From positions 1-15,695 of the forward strand of contig CAJINV010000042.1 in assembly GCA_905178155.1 (NCBI GenBank): a stretch of DNA of 15,695 nucleotides. The letters run 5' to 3'. This document shows, piece after piece, positions 9,460 to 15,695 of the stretch. Each line of letters starts with the position of its first letter. The stretch's first letter is position 1. Source of the DNA: Amoebophrya sp. A120 (Eukaryota > Protista > Dinoflagellata). The translations under genes were made by a program, and so were the position numbers. Under the pieces are notes generated by a model that was not told the origin of the DNA, ran no database searches, and was given only the letters and a program-made list of their open reading frames with translations.

Positions 9460-10116
9460 ATGGCAAAGCTCGCTGCTGCAGTTAGCGTCTACGCCGCGCT
9501 GGTTCAAGCTGGCAAGCCAGTCGTGGAGTTAAGCCTGGCATCTTCCTCAGCGCCCTATCCGGCGGTTTCTAGCGCGATTGCCGCTGCAGAGTCGACCCGC
9601 TTGTCTGCTGAGCATGCCGCTTTGTCTGAAATTGATGCCGCCTACAAATCTACCCTGTCGCAGGCATCTGTCGCGCTTGGGAATACCATTTCCAAGGCCC
9701 TGGGCCGTGCGTCTTTCGCCAACATCGCAGAGCCTGTCATTTCCGTCCGTGTTGAGGGTGCTACTTCAGATGAGTCTGCTGGCGTTGCGGGTGTCAAAGC
9801 CTTGGAAGGAAAGCGTGCCTCCGCAATGGGTGCACTGGTGGCGTCGGCCAAGCAGGAATTCGGAGAAGTTGCTAAAGTTGTGATTGCGGAGTTTGACAAG
9901 CAGCTCCGGGGACACAAGAGCTTTCTGCGCTTTTCGCGGGAGATCAACGTGCGCGTTGGGGCCGACCCGTCGTACAAGACCGTTTCCGCTTTGCTGGGAG
10001 ACATGGAATCTCGCCGTGACTCAGGTGAGACCCGGCTGCGGGCGGCCATTCTGTCCAAGGAAATGCAACTGGTCAAGGCATTGAACGCCATTGGCGCAGC
10101 TGCACTTTCGCACTAG
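9460..10116 (+). CDS. 41-3 antigen-like secreted protein, paralogue A (gene 10), 218 aa
   Basis: ATG 9460, signal MAKLAAAVSVYAALVQA; three strand-helix modules split by SFAN/SFLR. NVRVG..SY.TV..L...ME.RRD..E...R..IL..E..L.KA.N recalls Plasmodium blood-stage antigen 41-3 (from memory). Confidence 0.85.
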   Translation: MAKLAAAVSVYAALVQAGKPVVELSLASSSAPYPAVSSAIAAAESTRLSAEHAALSEIDAAYKSTLSQASVALGNTISKALGRASFANIAEPVISVRVEGATSDESAGVAGVKALEGKRASAMGALVASAKQEFGEVAKVVIAEFDKQLRGHKSFLRFSREINVRVGADPSYKTVSALLGDMESRRDSGETRLRAAILSKEMQLVKALNAIGAAALSH

Positions 10117-10452
10117 GTAACAACACCTCTGACCAGGATCCAGGACTACCTTTTGACCGCTAGTGGCTGAGCAACAAGTTTCTCAATTTTCGCTCCTGAA
10201 GAACGCACGCATTTCGGGGACATGAGTTTTTCTTCAAATAAAGCATCGCTTGTTCACCATCGCGTTGAGGGAAAATTCGCACTATTCGCGTTGAGAGAGA
10301 ATTCATTCAAATTTCGCCTTTCGCTTTTCACTGAGAAAACTGTTGCGGGCATTCCAAAACAGAAGACCTGGAAAAGACTTACCTTTGTCAAATCGCACTC
10401 AGTTTTGGCTCGCATAGCTGCACTTTTTTGCAAGTCCTTTGCTCCAAAAAAA

Positions 10453-11073
10453 ATGTACTCCAAAATCTTCGCTGCGTGCCTTGTCGGCCGCGTCGCTGCT
10501 GACAGTGAGCCGCTCATTCAAGTTGCTTTGGCGCCCCCTGTGGATGCCGGGACCACATACGCCTCCTACGGCAAGGCAGAGTCGGCTATGGAAGCGTCCG
10601 GCATGACCGGCCTCCAGAAAGCCATGAGCGCAGCGCTGGCGTCAGCCAAAGCGGAAATCGACGCTGTGGTCCATCATTCGTCCTTTTTGCAGGGCGCGCC
10701 AGTTTTCATTCGCGTGATGAACGGACCGGAATCGGGGGCGTCTGCGGGCCGCGTTGCAGCCTTTGAGAACGTTCGCTCAGATTTGGAATCCAAGCGCATC
10801 GCCCAAGCTACCGCGGAGTTTGGTGCATTGGCTAAGATTGTCATCGGGGAGTTGAAGAGCGCCCTCCATGGCAGCTTTCTGCAGAAGGGATCCGGTTCCA
10901 TCGGCGTCAAGGTGAAGGCTTCAGACATTCCATGGGCATCCACGGTTGACCTCTTGCAAGCCACTGAATCGTCGCGCGACGCTTCTGAAGTCGCAATGCA
11001 GGGCAAAATCCTGGACATGCAGATCCAATTCGTGAAGGCTTTGAACGGGATGATCGCCTCTGCTTTGGGTTAA
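10453..11073 (+). CDS. 41-3 antigen-like secreted protein, paralogue B (gene 11), 206 aa
   Basis: ATG 10453 after an A-run, signal MYSKIFAACLVGRVAA; two SFLQ sites; colinear with gene 10 (EFGEVAKVVIAE/EFGALAKIVIGE; ES.RD..E; VKALN). Confidence 0.85.
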   Translation: MYSKIFAACLVGRVAADSEPLIQVALAPPVDAGTTYASYGKAESAMEASGMTGLQKAMSAALASAKAEIDAVVHHSSFLQGAPVFIRVMNGPESGASAGRVAAFENVRSDLESKRIAQATAEFGALAKIVIGELKSALHGSFLQKGSGSIGVKVKASDIPWASTVDLLQATESSRDASEVAMQGKILDMQIQFVKALNGMIASALG

Positions 11074-11413
11074 ATCTCGTCTGTGCGCGGTGAGAAACAC
11101 ACTCAGAATGACGCTTCAGATGCAGCATGCATAAAGATTTTTGTGAGAACAAACAAAAAAAGCGCAACTCTCGTTCTTTCAGAGACACAGTTTCGCATGG
11201 AATGTTCGCCGTGAATTCGTAGTCGTAGATGCCTTCCCTGAGAGTTCAAAAAGCCCCTCCGCATCGTGTGCAAATCCTCTCATGCCAGGAAACAGAGAGA
11301 ATGTCCAAAAAAGCGCAAAGTGGTTTCCCGGGCAAGTGCTTCATCCGTGTCAATCTTTCAGTTAGACTATTGTTTTCGTTGAATCCGTTTCCTGCAGATC
11401 AACAAGTGCTACA

Positions 11414-11743
11414 ATGTTTCGTCTCGCTCTGATCTTCACCGCTCTTTTTGGAGCTTTGGTGTCCGCACAGCGTGAGAGCGACCTGTCTGACATCTCCGCA
11501 GCCGCCAAGGCATACAAGTCTGCCGGCTTGGCCTATCAGGCTGCAGCAGCATCTACCGGAGCTGCCTCCGCGGCTGCAGCGGGCGGATCTGTCGTCGACT
11601 ACACCACTGGTCAATCCGTCTCGTTTCTGCGCAAAGGAGCAATGCTTCGCGGCTTGGTTTCGCGCATCATGGGAGCTTCTGGCGGCTATCTCCCGGAGCG
11701 CAAGACGCAGTCCCCCATCGTTCAGCTGCATCTGCACGCCTAA
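11414..11743 (+). CDS. Small secreted Ala-rich protein (gene 12), 109 aa
   Basis: Clear signal MFRLALIFTALFGALVSA; VSFLRK site; C-terminal PIVQLHLHA strand motif. Confidence 0.8.
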   Translation: MFRLALIFTALFGALVSAQRESDLSDISAAAKAYKSAGLAYQAAAASTGAASAAAAGGSVVDYTTGQSVSFLRKGAMLRGLVSRIMGASGGYLPERKTQSPIVQLHLHA

Positions 11744-11885
11744 ATATCCTGGCTGAGCGGCGACCAACAAGGATTGTTTTGTTTTCCATTTGTTGAGAAT
11801 TGGTTGTGAATCTAAACTCCAGCAGCGTTACAGATGACTGCGCTAGCTCTTGTTGTACTTGTCTGTTCGTTGCCCGGTCATCTTC

Positions 11886-11965
11886 CAAAAAGTTATAGTG
11901 GCATGAGCGCGCCTCGTTGTAGTTCAAAAAGCTACAGTGAGTGAGGTTGTTCAAAAAGCTATAGT
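11886..11965. repeat. Three copies of CAAAAAGYTAYAGT in the gene 12-13 spacer
   Basis: Copies at 11886-11899, 11925-11938 and 11952-11965. Confidence 0.8.
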
Positions 11966-12119
11966 AACTGAGGATGAGAGTCGCGTCGCCTTTCAAAATG
12001 TACCCTAAGTCGTGATTGGTTCTGAAGAACACTAAAAAACTGGCCTACTGTGTAAGAAGTCAAGGTCTGCATTTTCAGGAACCTAGGTTTTTGTTGCAAC
12101 AGTTAGCCAGCTTACAACC

Positions 12120-12587
12120 ATGTTCGGTCTTGCTGTCTTCTCTGCCGTGGTCGCCGTGGCGTCGGCCGACCCAATTTTCCCCGGCTCTGCATCTGCTGCA
12201 GCTAGCACGCTGGCGGGTATCATGTCAGCTGGGAGTTCGAGCACGGCCTACAAACAGTCCGTCGGGAATGCCTCTGCAAATGAAGCGGCCGCCATTGCCG
12301 CGGGAACTGCCGCGCTGACTGAGGAGGTCTCTTCAGCCATGGCCCTGGAGAGTTTGAAGAAAGATGCATATGTTGCGGCTCACATCGCAGTCCGCAAGCA
12401 ACTGTATGCCGGTGGGTGCCCCATGAACATGTCCGGCTGCCCCATTGGCTTCACTGCGTCTAGCGGGACCTGTTACCCCACGGCATCGTACACTGGATAC
12501 TGCGGACCCCAATCTTTTTCTGGGATGAGTGATGCGCAAAAGGCGGACTTTGCCTGGAAGTGCGGCGCGAGCTTTCCTTGCGCCTAA
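12120..12587 (+). CDS. Secreted CPW-WPC domain protein (gene 13), 155 aa
   Basis: Signal MFGLAVFSAVVAVASA; C-terminal CPMNMSGCPIGF....C.P..SYTGYCGPQSFSGMSDAQKADFAWKCGASFPCA is a near-complete CPW-WPC module. Confidence 0.88.
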   Translation: MFGLAVFSAVVAVASADPIFPGSASAAASTLAGIMSAGSSSTAYKQSVGNASANEAAAIAAGTAALTEEVSSAMALESLKKDAYVAAHIAVRKQLYAGGCPMNMSGCPIGFTASSGTCYPTASYTGYCGPQSFSGMSDAQKADFAWKCGASFPCA

Positions 12588-13899
12588 GACCGCGACTCTG
12601 CAAGGTCGATCGCGGCTCAACGCTATGAGCCAGATTGGTCGCCGTCCGCGTACTCGGGCACCGGGATCGTACTCAGACTAGATTTGGAAATGTATCCCTC
12701 AAAAGAAAATATGCTTTGAAATTCGGCTACACAGGATGTTGCTTCTGCCACACAAGATGTTCTTTCCATTCGGCGGTGCGCCGTGTTTTATCGTGTTCGC
12801 AGGAGCGTCTGAGCTGCAAGTCCATCGAATCTCAAGAGAGTTCCCTGAAAACATGAGTCGCCTAGAAGTTAGCAAATGTGCGCTTCCTCAAAAACCGGTT
12901 TCTCAAGTTCATTGAAATTTTCCTCAAACTCCGGTTCAGTTTTGTTTTTTTTCCTCGCCGTTGTTGGCCAATCTCAACATTGAATGAAAGTGGTAAATTT
13001 TCGCACCGTGGACCGGCGGGTCTTCAGCATGCGTCTCCCAAGCTGGAAATGCAGGCAATATCGCGCGCGGAAGGCCTTCGCCAAGGAGCCAGCGTTGACA
13101 AGAACCTTTGCACTATGCCAGGAGCCGACGGGATGGGCGCACGCAAGCGCACTGGCAACGTTGCTTCCACCGGTTTCCCGGTGTAGTGGTGAAGTCATTA
13201 GGTGCGTACGGGAATCTGGAAACGGTTGAACCAGAGAGAATGTGGCGCGGAAGCGCCCTCTGTGCATCTTGTGCGTTTCTTGCGATTTTGCTATACTTTT
13301 ACACTATGCGCGCTGATGCTTTATAGCTCGACTCTGTTTCATCTCTCTTACAGTATCTGCATCATTGACGCGCCATTTTTGAATTTCTTCTAGCACTCTC
13401 ATGTCTGGCATACTGCGTTCCCTGTGTAATCACTCGTCCGCACGCTCAGATACTGCACACCTCAAAGTTGTTGACGTGTTTCGCCTTCGTCTTGTGTTCG
13501 TTTGCCACACACAGGTTGTTACCTGTTCTCGTTGTTGCGAGTAGCGTACCGTGCTAGTTGCAAACAAAGGATATTTCTACTGTCATGCGCAGCGTCCTGT
13601 CCAGCGGTCATCTTTCCACTATCGGGGAGCCCTCAGACCCGTGCGCGGGTATGGAAAATTGTGATCCGTGAGAGAGATCCAAATCTGTTCGGTTCCGCGT
13701 ATTGAGTTTTTCATTGCTGGCCTGGTCCTTTCGTCCATAATTCAATAGATGCAGAAATAGTCTTCGTTTCAGGTATACACCAGTTGCAACCTTGATGACA
13801 TTGCCTTTGAGGGTTCTCTTTCTAGTTTTTCTTTACTTTATGTTGCGGAAAGCTGTTCCACTTCGGGTTTCAATCATGTCAACAGACTAGACCACAAGT

Positions 13900-15695
13900 C
13901 CCGCGCTTGCGCAGGTAGCGCGCAGCCGCCCCCAAGCAGCGCGCAGTTTGTAGCGGCTCGCAGAAAAAAGAAGCGCGGAGCTAGCGCTTGAAAAACGTCC
14001 CCGCGTCGCCTGTGTCTCTGGCTTAGTATGTTGAGCATACTGACCGCGCCGGGTCCTCAAAGCTGGAACCGTTGCGCACTACTCGGAAAAATGCTCCCGG
14101 CTCACCAGGCTTGCACCCACGGCGCACGCCGCCTGTGACGCCTTGCATGGCCGTGGGTGAGCCTGTTGGCTGACGTGATCCTTTTCTTTTTTGACGACTG
14201 TGGTCAATGACTTCTGTGTCTGTCTTCGCCAGTCTCTGTGCGGATAGAACTGCGCGGCGCTTGCTGGTGTTGCTGTTTGACCGGGTGGAAGATCTAATTC
14301 ACTTGGATGCCTTTCCATTCGTGTGGCGCTTGCGCTAAGTTGCGCTGATCTTGAATGGTCGCGCCCTGTGCGTCCGGCGGCGATCTGGTTGGGCCTGCTT
14401 GGTCTTGGTGTTTATGTGCTACTAACCTTCTGCAGCTGCTTGCAGCGGCCCATTTGCTGCCCAAATTCTGCACGGACTACGCACAACAAGGACCGCGCAG
14501 CAACGCGCAAAGGCCCAGCGTCGCCTGCGCCTCGGGTTCAATCTGCTTAGTGGATGCAATACCGTGGGGCGCACGTCTCGGACCTGCCATAAACGCAGCG
14601 GGCAGTGGCGGTCCTTTTTTTGGTTGCGCTTGGAACGCTTGGATTTCTAAGCGCCACGCACTACTCGCGTTTCGGCCTTTTGCCGACCGTTGTCCGCGCC
14701 CTCCTTGTGCTCCTCTGACGCATATCATGATCGTCGTTGCACAGCCTGCCAAGTTTCATCGTCGTGCTTTTTTGACGAGCGTGGTCAATGACTACAGCAC
14801 CTGTCTGCGCCGGTCTCTGTGTGAATAGAACTGTGCGACGCACTCGCTTCCCTCTCTCTGGTCTGGTGGAAGATCTATGCACTTGGATGCTTTTCCTCGT
14901 GTGTGGCGCGTGCGCTAATGATGACATGGCGCGCTCGGCCTGCCGCATTCCTTGCTCTGGTTGTGCGCGTTTCACACTTTTGCGCGCGTGGCATGCAGCC
15001 GTCCCAAGCTGCGCCCAGTCTGCAGCGGCTACCGGCGACAGCCACCGCGGCGCAAGCACTTGACCAGCAGCCCGGCTTGCCGCTGCCTCTGGGTTGCTAC
15101 GCTGAGCAGATGCCATACCGTGCGGCGCACGTCTTGCCCCTATCGGCAACGCTGCGCGCCGCAGCATTTCCGCGGCTGTTTACGTTTCGGACCCTCGGAG
15201 TTGGAAGCGTTGCGCACTATTCGCCCCGGAGCTTCCGTCCTTCCATGCTCGCACAAGCCGAGCCAGTGCCCCCTGGCGCATCGCATGGCCGTCGTTGAGC
15301 CTGTTGGCGGGCGTGATCTTTTTTCTTTTTTGACGACCGTGGTCAATGATTTCTGTGCTTGTCTTCGCCAGTCTCTGTGCAGATAGAACTGCGCGGCGCT
15401 TGCTGGTGTTGCTGCTCAAACGGGTGGAAGATCTATGCACTTGGATGCTTTTACATTCGTGTGGCGCTTGCGTTAATTGTGGCCGGTCGCACCCTTTGCG
15501 TGCAGCGGTGATCTGGTTCGGCCTTGGTCTTGGTGTTTACGTGCCACCAACCTTCTGCGGCTGCGTGCAGAGGCCTATATGCTGCCCCCATTCTGCAGCG
15601 ACTACGCACAACAAGGACCGCGCAGCATGCACTTGCGCAAAGGCCCAGCGTCGCCTGCGCCTCGGGTTCAACCTGCTTAGTGGATGCAATACCGT
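13900..15695. repeat. Diverged tandem repeat/satellite, ~560-580 bp monomers in ~1.14 kb dimers, continuing past the window end; left edge approximate
   Basis: Anchor TTGACGAnyGTGGTCAATGA at 14191, 14772 and 15330 (spacings 581, 558). GGTGGAAGATCTA..CACTTGGATGC in all three monomers. 14146-14565 aligns closely with 15283-15695. Confidence 0.88.

Noticed and set aside
10403-10411. TTTTGGCTC, a partial match to the dinoflagellate spliced leader (relic SL)
   Set aside because: Only 9 nt, seen once, with mismatching flanks; consistent with chance.
10222-10452. N-terminal ORF extensions in the ORF track (also 430, 1312, 4402, 6407, 9418)
   Set aside because: The upstream parts are T/A-run-rich spacer sequence; downstream ATGs give clean signal peptides and a consistent start context.
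460-12587. Bacterial operon or phage gene block
   Set aside because: Frame-restoring GT-AG introns, A-rich Kozak contexts without Shine-Dalgarno sites, ~325 bp spacers and alveolate-specific CPW-WPC domains indicate a eukaryote.
1342-12620. Many minus-strand and alternate-frame ORFs (e.g. 1342-1890, 1963-2520, 8033-8596, 9642-10091)
   Set aside because: They are shadows of GC-rich + strand CDSs, with no signal peptides or recognisable motifs.
12635-13705. Short overlapping ORFs downstream of gene 13
   Set aside because: No signal peptide, domain or consistent frame; short spliced exons cannot be fully excluded.
14079-15680. ORFs inside the terminal repeat; CRISPR-array interpretation
   Set aside because: Reading frames are not preserved between repeat copies. 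Units are ~570 bp diverged monomers, not short identical repeats with unique spacers, and there are no cas genes.

Overview
Eukaryotic (myzozoan alveolate-like: apicomplexan/chrompodellid/perkinsid/dinozoan) genomic DNA. Bases ~460-12587 hold a very compact cluster of 13 head-to-tail, + strand, almost intronless genes (two GT-AG introns that I could place in frame), separated by unusually uniform 283-376 bp spacers. All 13 products begin with a signal-peptide-like N-terminus. Eleven carry S-F-L/I-[Q/K/R/E/S] sites resembling apicomplexan plasmepsin IX/X / ASP3 maturation motifs. Recognisable families: three single CPW-WPC-domain proteins, two tandem paralogues resembling Plasmodium 'blood-stage antigen 41-3' plus a related repeat polyprotein, a PSOP13-like Cys-rich protein and a Frizzled-CRD-like Cys-rich protein. 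The 41-3 and PSOP13 calls come from memory, not from a search. In Plasmodium such families are associated with ookinete/crystalloid secretory cargo. The window looks like an operon-like 'secretory organelle cargo' gene cluster (inference). After ~1.3 kb with no convincing gene, the window ends in a diverged tandem repeat of ~570 bp monomers arranged as ~1.14 kb dimers.
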